From: a bacterium
Lineage (GTDB): Bacteria; Patescibacteriota; Minisyncoccia; Phycocordibacterales; UBA6899
Reading direction: 5' to 3'
DNA: 64,000 nt
Assembly: GCA_043736515.1 (NCBI GenBank)
Contig: JAYTCK010000013.1
Coordinates: 12,214-76,213, forward strand
Each line of letters starts with the position of its first letter. Positions within the stretch are counted from its first letter, which is position 1. Positions 26,944-35,652 of this stretch are shown here, in pieces. Under the pieces are notes generated by a model that saw nothing but the letters and a program-made list of their open reading frames with translations, searched no databases and had not been told where the DNA came from. Made by a program: the position numbers and the translations under genes.

Positions 26944-28095
26944 TCAGAAGTTGCGGAATACGTCTCGGGCCATATCGCGAGAAGTTGTGTATCTCATTTT
27001 TGCCATATCCATATTTAACTTCTCGATTTGAGTCCTTATTTGTGCTTGCTTTATATTCTTACGGTCAATTTGGTCATATATATTCGCGACCCCATGTTCG
27101 GCTCTCAAGCTTTTTGTATCTCTACGGACTTCGTCCTTCACCGTCTTTATTTCCGTCGTTGCATCAAGACGAATCTCCTGCTCATTTAATTTAGCAATTT
27201 GGGCTTCATATCTTGCCTGTTCGGCGGCCGAGGGGTTGGGCTTGGAAAGAAATGCTGCCCGCGCCTCTGCCCGCTGGGTTTTCAGTTGCGCCTTGCTTAC
27301 ATCATACCTTGCTTCCATTTGCATGGGTTGGGTTCTGTTCTCTACACGTGACTCAACCTCGGCAATTCGGGAATTTCCGCCTGCTCGTAACAATAGCTCC
27401 TCTTTTTCTCTATCTAGCTTCTCATGCTGCATCGCAAGATTTTGTTGCTGTTGTTGCATACGTTCAATTCGTTGTCCTCCTTGCACTCCACGCTCAATTG
27501 GACGGATAACGCCTCCTTCAATTGTTTTTCCAAGTCTTGGATTTTGAGCTCCGACAACACCGGCCACTACAGGGATAAAGTCAACATAGCCCGCCGCTTC
27601 TGCATTGTCGGTGTGCGAAAAAGCCGCAATTGCGACCACTACGCCGGTAGTTACATGACGCACAGCTTTAAGCGATCCATTCATTAATTTCTTTAACAGA
27701 CCACTGCTTTGCTCAGCTTTTTCCGCATTCTCTGGGCTCTCCACAGCAGCAAAAGTACCGCCCACTGCTGCAACACGAGCAGCTTGGTTTGATTTTCCTT
27801 CCACATCGAGGGCATTAAGCGCCATCGCTTCGGTTCCCTCCCCTACCTCTGCCGCTAACCCTTGATTCTCTGGAGTAAGATTGGTAAATTCCATAACTGC
27901 ATTTTGTGTGGCAGGTGGAAGTTCTGACATTTCTATAATCTCAATTGATTCAGAGTCTGGAGACTCATTAAGATTAGTGACATCAGATATACCGCTCTCC
28001 TTCTCTGCCTCTGATATATGTACCGGAATTATGTCTTCGTGAATCACAACTCCTTCCTCCTCGGGTATTTCGAAACTTTGGAATTTCTCGCTCAT
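26944..28095 (-). CDS. Hypothetical coiled-coil protein (Q/E/K-rich)
   Basis: Long heptad-like region (MQQQQQNLAMQHEKLDREKEELL...). No catalytic motifs. Confidence 0.4.
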   Translation of the reverse strand: MSEKFQSFEIPEEEGVVIHEDIIPVHISEAEKESGISDVTNLNESPDSESIEIIEMSELPPATQNAVMEFTNLTPENQGLAAEVGEGTEAMALNALDVEGKSNQAARVAAVGGTFAAVESPENAEKAEQSSGLLKKLMNGSLKAVRHVTTGVVVAIAAFSHTDNAEAAGYVDFIPVVAGVVGAQNPRLGKTIEGGVIRPIERGVQGGQRIERMQQQQQNLAMQHEKLDREKEELLLRAGGNSRIAEVESRVENRTQPMQMEARYDVSKAQLKTQRAEARAAFLSKPNPSAAEQARYEAQIAKLNEQEIRLDATTEIKTVKDEVRRDTKSLRAEHGVANIYDQIDRKNIKQAQIRTQIEKLNMDMAKMRYTTSRDMARDVFRNF

Positions 28096-28104
28096 ATAAA
28101 AATA

Positions 28105-28383
28105 TTACGCTAATGCTTCTTCGTATTCACGACGCTCTTGCTTCACAATTTCGTGAAGCTTTTTTAAATTTCCCTGAGCATCGAGCTTTTTCTTCAAATT
28201 TTTTACAATCGCATCGATACCAAACGGATCTTCCTCGCAGACTTGTATAAACATCAGGAGCATCACGTCGGCCACAAACGGAATTCGTCCAGAAAGAATT
28301 TTTTTATCTTCAGCAGGAATATGCGATTGTTCAACAATTGCAGTTGCTTTTTCAGTCAGTTCCTTGCGTGATTGTTCTATCAT
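28105..28383 (-). CDS. Small hypothetical protein
   Basis: ORF only. Confidence 0.3.
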   Translation of the reverse strand: MIEQSRKELTEKATAIVEQSHIPAEDKKILSGRIPFVADVMLLMFIQVCEEDPFGIDAIVKNLKKKLDAQGNLKKLHEIVKQERREYEEALA

Positions 28384-28704
28384 ATATACATTAATACTAT
28401 ATCACAATTTTAATATAAAGCAAATCCTAGCCAGGCTTTTCTGACTAAGTTTTATACAGGACAGTATACCACCAGAACTTTTTCTTACATATGTAATTTA
28501 TTTAACTGAGGAGCGCCGCACAAAACATTAGGTAGGCCTGACCGATCAATATCTTACGAATTACTATAAAAAACGTTTCACGTGAAACGTTTTATGTATT
28601 TGTTGTGTTTCACGTGCTACCAAATTGGCAAGAAATGAACACTTTGTTAATTAAATATAAAACACCATCTCGTTACACATGAAACTAACTATCGCGCACA
28701 ATCA

Positions 28705-29100
28705 CTACAAAATGACATCATGAATTACATTTACTCGTGCAGTTTTGTTAAAAGCGTTCAATTCTATAGTAATTACATCAAACTGCCAGTCTTCGGAAAC
28801 ATTATATTCGAAAATATATGCTTGGATTGTGCGGCCAATACTCTGAAGCTTTGATTTGTGTACATTATCTTCCGGGCGGTAATTATCAAGTTTCTCCCCT
28901 AATGTTCCACGTGTAACAGTTTTCACCTCAACAAAGTGCAAGCGTTGATTTTTCCTGCAAATAACATCAATCTCTCCATACTTTTTTAAGTAATTTCGCT
29001 CAGCTATCGAAAAACCTTGTTTCACAAGAAACCTAACTGCAATATCCTCACCAATTTGGCCAACTTTTTGTTTTTCTGTTTTTTCACCCATTTCTCCCAT
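28705..29100 (-). CDS. yraN: YraN-family (UPF0102) endonuclease-like protein
   Basis: GQIGEDIAVRFLVKQGFSIAERNYLKKYGEIDVICRKNQRLHFVEVKT. Confidence 0.75.
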   Translation of the reverse strand: MGEMGEKTEKQKVGQIGEDIAVRFLVKQGFSIAERNYLKKYGEIDVICRKNQRLHFVEVKTVTRGTLGEKLDNYRPEDNVHKSKLQSIGRTIQAYIFEYNVSEDWQFDVITIELNAFNKTARVNVIHDVIL

Positions 29101-29605
29101 ACTAATCTAAAACCGTTCCACATGAAACATTCTCAAACACAGAACGGCATGGTACGGCAATTAAGCCGGCATACGCACTGTGCCAATCAGCAATGAAACT
29201 TCCTGGCAATGTTCCACGTGTAACATCTGATTGCCACGATCATGTCTCTTCTGAAATGCTTGGCTTTTTATGATTTATTAGACTTTTTTAAAAAATCCTT
29301 CGCGAAGCTATCCACTGTTTAAAAACCCGCGCTTTATCCTGCGAGGTTCAACCTCGTAGGATGTTATATAAAGCCTAATTCTTGAAGGAATACTGACTAT
29401 TAAAAGAGGTCTCATGTGTAGCTGCCATAAAAACTGAGCCGAAGCACTGAGGGTAGTGTCTGTGTATAAACATGTGGATAGTGTGCATAAAGGACACTCA
29501 AGGACACAATTTTGTCCTTTATAAACACTATACACAGGGTTATCCACAGTTGTGCGCACAGGAGGTGACAAAAAGCGCGAGTTGCTATTTAATTAGAAAA
29601 GAGCC

Positions 29606-30007
29606 TTGCCGTATGGAGGTATTGTGGAAAACAGACTGAAAGTTTTGGTTGTTGAAGATGATTCTGATCTTCAAGATGCCTACCGAATGAGCCTTGAGCA
29701 TCTTGTAGACGTTGTCACTGCCGGCAGTATTTCCTCAGCAATGACTGCGCTGCGACGTGAAAAAAAGTTTTCGCTTATTATTCTCGATGGGAATGTCCCA
29801 CGGCGCGATAATGAGCCTTTGATGCAGACGACGGTTGAACTTGCACAACACATCTCGTTTGTACTTGGCATCCCCATGATTTCCGCTTCCGGCGACGAGA
29901 AATTAAACGACATACTTGTCTGCAGAGGCTGTATACGAGCAGACAAGTTCACTGCTGTTCAAGAAGCGGAGAGGTTCCTTGCGGGAATTAATGCCAAAAT
30001 AACCTAG
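29606..30007 (+). CDS. Receiver-domain-like protein (degenerate response regulator)
   Basis: KVLVVEDDSDLQD, LIILDGNVP. Confidence 0.5.
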   Translation: MPYGGIVENRLKVLVVEDDSDLQDAYRMSLEHLVDVVTAGSISSAMTALRREKKFSLIILDGNVPRRDNEPLMQTTVELAQHISFVLGIPMISASGDEKLNDILVCRGCIRADKFTAVQEAERFLAGINAKIT

Positions 30008-30040
30008 CTGTAGTACAGCTGCCCGAAATTTTCGGGCTTT
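30008..30040 (+). terminator. Rho-independent terminator
   Basis: GCCCGAAATTTTCGGGC followed by TTTTTTATT. Confidence 0.65.
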
Positions 30041-30150
30041 TTTATTGGTCTTTCATTAGCAAAATTGGCGGGAGGAGGATCGTCGTTAATTTGCCATTTC
30101 AAATAAGATTCGCTAGTATATGGCGACACGCTGAGCATAAAAATGCGCTT

Positions 30151-30202
30151 GCGGGTATGGTTTAGTGGTAGAATACGTCCTTGCCAAGGATGAGACGGGA
30201 GT
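30151..30202 (+). pseudogene. Exact duplicate of the first 52 nt of tRNA-Gly(GCC), ending in the T-stem. Interrupted by repeat copy C
   Basis: GCGGGTATGGTTTAGTGGTAGAATACGTCCTTGCCAAGGATGAGACGGGAGT is identical to 30345-30396. Confidence 0.75.
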
Positions 30203-30289
30203 GAGGTGTGGCTACTGGGAACCCATTCTGATGGGGCCACACCGCAAGACCTTTTGAGGTTTTTTCTGAAAAATCCAAAAGGTGTACAG
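30203..30289 (-). repeat. tRNA-associated structured repeat, copy C. Inverse orientation on the + strand, but in the same orientation relative to its tRNA as copies A and B
   Basis: Reverse complement CTGTACACCTTTTGGATTTTTCAGAAAAAACCTCAAAAGGTCTTGCGGTGTGGCCCCATCAGAATGGGTTCCCAGTAGCCACACCTC. Confidence 0.7.
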
Positions 30290-30344
30290 GTCCTGTAGGG
30301 ACCGATTCTCCCTAAATGAGGAATCGCGGTACAATATAAAAAAT

Positions 30345-30415
30345 GCGGGTATGGTTTAGTGGTAGAATACGTCCTTGCCAAGGATGAGACGGGAGTTCGA
30401 TTCTCCCTACCCGCA
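30345..30415 (+). tRNA. tRNA-Gly(GCC), no encoded CCA
   Basis: GCGGGTATGGTTTAGTGGTAGAATACGTCCTTGCCAAGGATGAGACGGGAGTTCGATTCTCCCTACCCGCA. Anticodon loop TTGCCAA. A TACAAT -10-like box lies at 30329-30334. Confidence 0.85.
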
Positions 30416-30459
30416 CAAATACAAAAATACCGCCGCCGCAAGGCGGTATTTTGTATTTG
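30416..30459 (+). terminator. Long perfect hairpin immediately 3' of tRNA-Gly(GCC)
   Basis: CAAATACAAAAATACCGCC-GCCGCAA-GGCGGTATTTTGTATTTG. Confidence 0.6.
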
Positions 30460-30706
30460 TGCGGGTAAGAAGTGCCCCACGGCACTTCGTGGGAGAATCG
30501 AAGCCGTTCTCCCATAATTTTAAGCGACAACCGCTGTCGTTTAAAATTGGGAAACGGGTACTGCGCCTGTAAGGCGAGATTCTCATATTTAAGTACCTGC
30601 GGAAGTAATCGGCGATTCTCCCTAGTTATGCCTGCTTAATGCGTAGTTGGCGATTCTTTGATTTTTTGTCAACTGCGCGCTATAGTTGGCCTATTATATA
30701 GACGAC

Positions 30707-30778
30707 GCTCCCGTAGTGAAACGGATATCACAACGGTCTTCGAAACCGTTAGTCCAAGTTCGAGTCTTGGCGGGAGCA
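30707..30778 (+). tRNA. tRNA-Arg(UCG), no encoded CCA
   Basis: GCTCCCGTAGTGAAACGGATATCACAACGGTCTTCGAAACCGTTAGTCCAAGTTCGAGTCTTGGCGGGAGCA. Acceptor GCTCCCG/CGGGAGC. Anticodon loop CTTCGAA. Confidence 0.8.
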
Positions 30779-30791
30779 CAAATAGAAATTT

Positions 30792-32279
30792 ATGAAAAAA
30801 TTATTTTCCATTCCGGAAGAAATATCTTTTGTAACAAGGACCCTCGAACACGCCGGTTATGAAGCATACCTTGTTGGCGGCTGCGTGCGCGACCTTATCC
30901 GCAGTGCGAAACCCAAAGACTGGGACGTGACGACCAACGCAAACCCTGATCAAATCATCGGACTTTTTCCAAAAACATTTTACGAAAACGAATACGGCAC
31001 AGTTGGCGTGGTAAATGAGGAGATTCCGGAAGGGGACATAGAGCGCGGAACACTGCGTGTTGTTGAGGTTACTCCGTATCGCAAAGAGACAACGTATTCA
31101 AACTTTCGACATCCCGACGAAGTATTGTTCTCTGGAAATTTGCATGACGATCTTCTCCGGCGAGACTTCACGATGAACGCGATTGCGTACAGTACCTCGA
31201 CGGGAGAGATTGTTGATCCACACATGGGAGTTGAGGATATTGAGCGCCATCTTATTCGTACCGTTGGCAAGCCCGAAGACCGCTTTCATGAGGATGCGCT
31301 CCGTGTCATGCGTGCCATTCGCTTTGGTGCTGAGCTAGGCTTCGCTATTGAAATGGAGACAATGAATGCTGTTGTGAAGTTCGGACATCGATTGGAGAAA
31401 ATTGCGGCTGAGCGTATTCGTGATGAATTCATAAAAATTATTATGTCGGAGCGCCCAATGGAGGGAATTATTTTGCTGCATCGTGCCGAGATACTCCAAT
31501 TTATTATGCCTGAGCTAGAGCAAGGACTTGGGTGCGAACAAAATGGCGATCACATCTACCATGTGTGGGAACACAACCTTCGTGCACTCGAACACTCGAA
31601 GGAGCGCAACTGGCCGCTTCATGTACGCATTGCGGCACTCCTCCATGATGTTGCGAAACCCGCGACACGCAAGTGGGCGGAGGAAAAAAAGGATTGGACA
31701 TTTTACGGACACGACGTTGTTGGAGGACGAATGGCGACGAAAATGCTTGAGCGGCTCAAATTTCCCAAACAATTTATTCATGACGTTGCAACACTCGTGC
31801 GGTATCATCTTTTCTTTTCCGATATTGAAAAAATAACACTTTCTGCAGTAAGACGCATTGTCGCAAATGTTGGACCGGAACTTGTATGGGATCTTATGAA
31901 TGTTCGTGCCTGCGATCGCATTGGAATGGGGCGCCCAAAAGAAACTCCATATCGTCTACGCAAATATCACTCAATGATTGAAGAGGCGATGCGCGCCCCA
32001 GTCTCCGTGGGAATGCTCAAGATTGATGGTGCTCGGATTATGGAGGTGGCACAGATCAAACCGGGTCGTGAAATCGGATTTATTTTACATGCACTCTTTA
32101 ATGAGGTGCTTGATGACCCCTTGAAAAACTCCGCACAATATTTGGAGGAACGCACAAAGGAGCTCTTAGCTCTTCCGCTAAATGAATTAGCAAAGCTTGG
32201 TGAAGCGGGAAAAGAAACGAAGGCAGAAAAAGAGGAAGGAGAGGTAAGTGCGATACGTAAAAAATACGGCGTAAAGTAA
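30792..32279 (+). CDS. cca: CCA-adding tRNA nucleotidyltransferase with HD domain
   Basis: GYEAYLVGGCVRDLI...DWD polymerase-beta head. HD motif LLHDVAKP. Confidence 0.85.
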   Translation: MKKLFSIPEEISFVTRTLEHAGYEAYLVGGCVRDLIRSAKPKDWDVTTNANPDQIIGLFPKTFYENEYGTVGVVNEEIPEGDIERGTLRVVEVTPYRKETTYSNFRHPDEVLFSGNLHDDLLRRDFTMNAIAYSTSTGEIVDPHMGVEDIERHLIRTVGKPEDRFHEDALRVMRAIRFGAELGFAIEMETMNAVVKFGHRLEKIAAERIRDEFIKIIMSERPMEGIILLHRAEILQFIMPELEQGLGCEQNGDHIYHVWEHNLRALEHSKERNWPLHVRIAALLHDVAKPATRKWAEEKKDWTFYGHDVVGGRMATKMLERLKFPKQFIHDVATLVRYHLFFSDIEKITLSAVRRIVANVGPELVWDLMNVRACDRIGMGRPKETPYRLRKYHSMIEEAMRAPVSVGMLKIDGARIMEVAQIKPGREIGFILHALFNEVLDDPLKNSAQYLEERTKELLALPLNELAKLGEAGKETKAEKEEGEVSAIRKKYGVK

Positions 32280-32299
32280 TAAAAACATATTTCAATACT

Positions 32300-33970
32300 A
32301 TGAGTTTAGAATTTCCAATACAGGAGGATGTGGGCGACAACCAGCAGGGTCTGGTATCTGAAAATATCTCCGTCGAGGCTCCTTTGTTTGCGCGACAAGC
32401 CGGCACATTGACTGAGGAGCTTACTCGGCAAAATCCGCAGTCGCGGAAGCAGATAGAACAATTTGCAAGCGATTATGGAATGTTCAACGAAGTTGCCCAG
32501 GAAAATACCTCAACAAGTTCAATTCCCAAAATGCCTATTTTTTCAGAAGCACATACCTCTGAATCGGGCGAGCGAATGATGGAACAAGGTCTTCTTTATC
32601 AAGATATCGCAAAGTACCTGCGGCAATATAGTGGGGAAAAAGGCATCGCCGACAATGGGATTACCGTGACCTTAAATGCACTTACTGAATTCTTTTTAAC
32701 ATACGGGAGTGAGATTACTCGTGATGCCAGTGGAAAAGCGAGCGTACCAGCCGAAGGGATTTCTGAGAGCAGGAAAATGCAGATAGATCGTTTTCTGCTT
32801 GGAGACAGCGTATACAATAATAGACTTGGTCGCCTGAAGTCCAAATTTGGAGAAGAAATTCCAGAAGGTGCGATCGACGAGCTCAGGCACAAAACAGTTA
32901 TGAATTATATACGTGCCCTTTCGCGAGAACCCTCAGCGCACATGAGCATGGAAGATCAGCTCGTCGACACAAAAGATCCGTTCGCTCACCTTCAAGAAAA
33001 AACATTAGAAAATTTGTCTTTTTCTGCACACCTACCAACTCGAGAACTTTTAAAAGCTCTTGCGCAGACAAGTGGCGAGCGCTTTCTCACTGAGAAAACA
33101 TTTGATAGCGACCGTTCTTTGTATGAGATCCTTGATTTGGCAAATTTGAAAAGGGAGTTGATGGAGGTAAGGCGATCAGGAACACCAGAAGAAGTGTCCC
33201 GTGTGATCACAGGCACGGTCGACAATTTGAGTCGAAACATAAGAAAAATTTTTCAATATCAGAAAAATTCTCCGACCATAAGTGAGATGTCCAAAACTCG
33301 CACGGCAAACTGTGCCGGTTATGCTTTGATTGCCTCACTATTACTCAAGGAACTAGACATTAGCAACGCGACCGTCGGTGGAACACGTCACGCATTTATA
33401 GGATACACCACACCGGACAAATCGGTCTTGTTCAGCGATTTTCAAGGAGGACCTAGTACGAAAATCACGAGTGACGATCTCGACAGGGCAGACCCCGAAC
33501 ACGTGCAGAAATTTATCGACCAAGGCGACCGCGTCGTGATGCCGCTCAGGCTGTCTATTGGCACTCCGCTAAATTGGTGGAATCCAGATGAGGGATTCTC
33601 ATATCGGCAAGAGACGGTATATTTGTACAGGGAAATCGACCCTGGTCTCATGAATAGTCTCTACAGAATTCAAACCGGCTCCGGAATAACGCCAGAAATT
33701 ATCCTGGGAGCAGGGAGTGCAGTAGACCCAGGAATGCTAAAGTCTGTCGCACAGCTTAAGTCTGCCATTCAGTACAACCCAGACGATCCTTCGTTGTATC
33801 ATGAGTTGGCAGACAAACTTTCGCCTGTGGTCGGACAAGAACCTGATTTAGCTAACAAAGCATACGCAAAGTGGTTAGACCTTAGCAGCGAGGCAGGGGT
33901 TTCGCAAAAGGGGGAAAAGCAAAGAAGTTTTTGGACGAAGCTGAAGAAAAAATTTTGGTCAGATAAGTAA
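32300..33970 (+). CDS. Hypothetical protein with a transglutaminase-like cysteine-peptidase core
   Basis: RTANCAGYALIASLLLKELDISNATVGGTRHAFIGY (Cys...His arrangement). Confidence 0.45.
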   Translation: MSLEFPIQEDVGDNQQGLVSENISVEAPLFARQAGTLTEELTRQNPQSRKQIEQFASDYGMFNEVAQENTSTSSIPKMPIFSEAHTSESGERMMEQGLLYQDIAKYLRQYSGEKGIADNGITVTLNALTEFFLTYGSEITRDASGKASVPAEGISESRKMQIDRFLLGDSVYNNRLGRLKSKFGEEIPEGAIDELRHKTVMNYIRALSREPSAHMSMEDQLVDTKDPFAHLQEKTLENLSFSAHLPTRELLKALAQTSGERFLTEKTFDSDRSLYEILDLANLKRELMEVRRSGTPEEVSRVITGTVDNLSRNIRKIFQYQKNSPTISEMSKTRTANCAGYALIASLLLKELDISNATVGGTRHAFIGYTTPDKSVLFSDFQGGPSTKITSDDLDRADPEHVQKFIDQGDRVVMPLRLSIGTPLNWWNPDEGFSYRQETVYLYREIDPGLMNSLYRIQTGSGITPEIILGAGSAVDPGMLKSVAQLKSAIQYNPDDPSLYHELADKLSPVVGQEPDLANKAYAKWLDLSSEAGVSQKGEKQRSFWTKLKKKFWSDK

Positions 33971-34098
33971 TACAGAGGAGCGGTAATATACGAAAAAAAT
34001 ACAACGTAAAGTGATAACAATCCCCGCGAGACTTCTCTTGTGGGGATTGTTTCTAGGTTCAACAAGTAAGTGCAACACTCCTGTAACATAAGGAGCAT

Positions 34099-34813
34099 AT
34101 GAATTATAGGCATTTCAGCATTGTGGAGCGCGAAAAGCTTCAAGATGGGTTGTGGGCAAAAAGGTCGATTCGTTCAATAGCCGAGGAACTCGGCAGGAGT
34201 CCCTCCTCAGTTTCTCGCGAAATTGCGAAGAATAAACCCCTGCAGTTCAGGCGATACACCCCACGGTTAGCACACGAGCGGGCGCTCGAGCACCGCCACC
34301 ATCGCGGAAGAACAGACCGTCTCAAAAATCAGGTTGTACGCAGCTATGTCCATCACAAACTCAAGGAGGGCTTCTCCCCCGAACAGATCGCCGGACGACT
34401 CCGCATCGACCACCCCAAGGAACGTATCTCCCACGAAGCAATCTATCAATTCATCTACGTGCAAGTGCATCGTGGTGGACGTGGGGACGTTCGACCTGGA
34501 CATGTTGATCTCCGTCCATGGTTGAAGCGCAGACATAAGGCACGTGCAAAGCACGGATTCCGTAAAGGAGCCCGTGTCTTGCGGCCTTCCGGACCATCCA
34601 TTGATGTACGACCCAGAGTGGTCGATCGTCGCACCCGTCTTGGAGATTGGGAGAGCGACACGGTGGAATCCTGTCTCCATCGTCCGGGAATCAACACGCT
34701 TGTGGTCGGATGAAGAGCTTGCACGGGTGGAGTATGCGATCAATACACGACCGAGGAAACGGCTGGGGTGGAGAACCCCGTTAGAAGTATGGAGTGTTGC
34801 ACTTCGAAGTTGA
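34099..34813 (+). mobile_element. Degenerate IS30-family transposase gene, frameshifted with an internal deletion. No intact DDE core
   Basis: Two overlapping ORFs in different frames. N-terminal HTH plus ...GDWESDTV. C-terminal ...INTRPRKRLGWRTPLEV. Local GC well above the window average. Confidence 0.7.
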
Positions 34814-34923
34814 ATGTACCGTTATATGAGTTGACAAATCAATAAGAATGTGTAGTGTGTGAAATAGGCACCTTACAAAGTTCGGAGCCATCCCTGTAAC
34901 AACTTTTCTCAAGGAGAGACAAA

Positions 34924-35607
34924 GTGGTAAATCAATTTGAAGTATTGGATGACGGACGACGAGCAAAACCTTCACATCAGAACAATGACCAACGCGGCGA
35001 TTTCGGCGCAACGGCGATATTCATTTTTTCACCCGACTTCCATGAGATCGTGACCGTATACGGATCTCGATTCGGTAACCGCAAAGTGCCTTCCGGCGGC
35101 ATAGAAGAAAGAGACTTCGCATCTTCTCGCTCAAGTATTGCTGAAGCTGCAGAGCGCGGTGCTCTTCGTGAATGCACAGAGGAGACACGCATGACGGAGG
35201 ACAAGCTCGTCGGTGTATGCAAGTCATCAGTCGAGGATGTCATCCGCGGCAAAATGATGCGTTACTACTTCATTGGGATTGCCAAGGAGCGCTGTGTTAT
35301 CACTCCTTTTCGCTCCAAGGAAGACGGCAAGGACCGGTATGTCGATCACCAGCGCTGGGAACATGTCGCCGACGTGCTGTGTGGAGCTTCCCGTAGTGGA
35401 GAGCAGTACAACACGCACTATTCAATCGCGCTGCTCAAAATAATTCAAGAGATGAAGGAATGGGGATATGACAATGACTCGGGTTTTGTGGAGCTCTTGA
35501 GGACACTCAGATTATTTTCGGAATCTGACTTCGAGGAGCAATTAAAGGTGCTGATTGCCCGCAGAGAGGTCGAAGAGGCATCGAGGAGACAGCGCCAGTA
35601 TTCATAG
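34924..35607 (+). CDS. Nudix hydrolase
   Basis: Nudix box PSGGIEERDFASSRSSIAEAAERGALRECTEETRM. Confidence 0.7.
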   Translation: MVNQFEVLDDGRRAKPSHQNNDQRGDFGATAIFIFSPDFHEIVTVYGSRFGNRKVPSGGIEERDFASSRSSIAEAAERGALRECTEETRMTEDKLVGVCKSSVEDVIRGKMMRYYFIGIAKERCVITPFRSKEDGKDRYVDHQRWEHVADVLCGASRSGEQYNTHYSIALLKIIQEMKEWGYDNDSGFVELLRTLRLFSESDFEEQLKVLIARREVEEASRRQRQYS

Positions 35608-35652
35608 TGTGCAGAGAGTGTGTGCCCGGCAAATTGCCGGGCTTTTTTATAC

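Noticed and set aside
30151-30415. Intron-containing tRNA-Gly (element as a tRNA intron)
   Set aside because: The downstream tRNA copy is complete on its own. The sequence after the element does not restore the acceptor 3' half. At ~90 nt the element is too short for a group I intron.
30004-30480. 158-aa minus-strand ORF
   Set aside because: It spans the tRNA-Gly copies and the structured repeat. It is an artefact of the low stop-codon density there.
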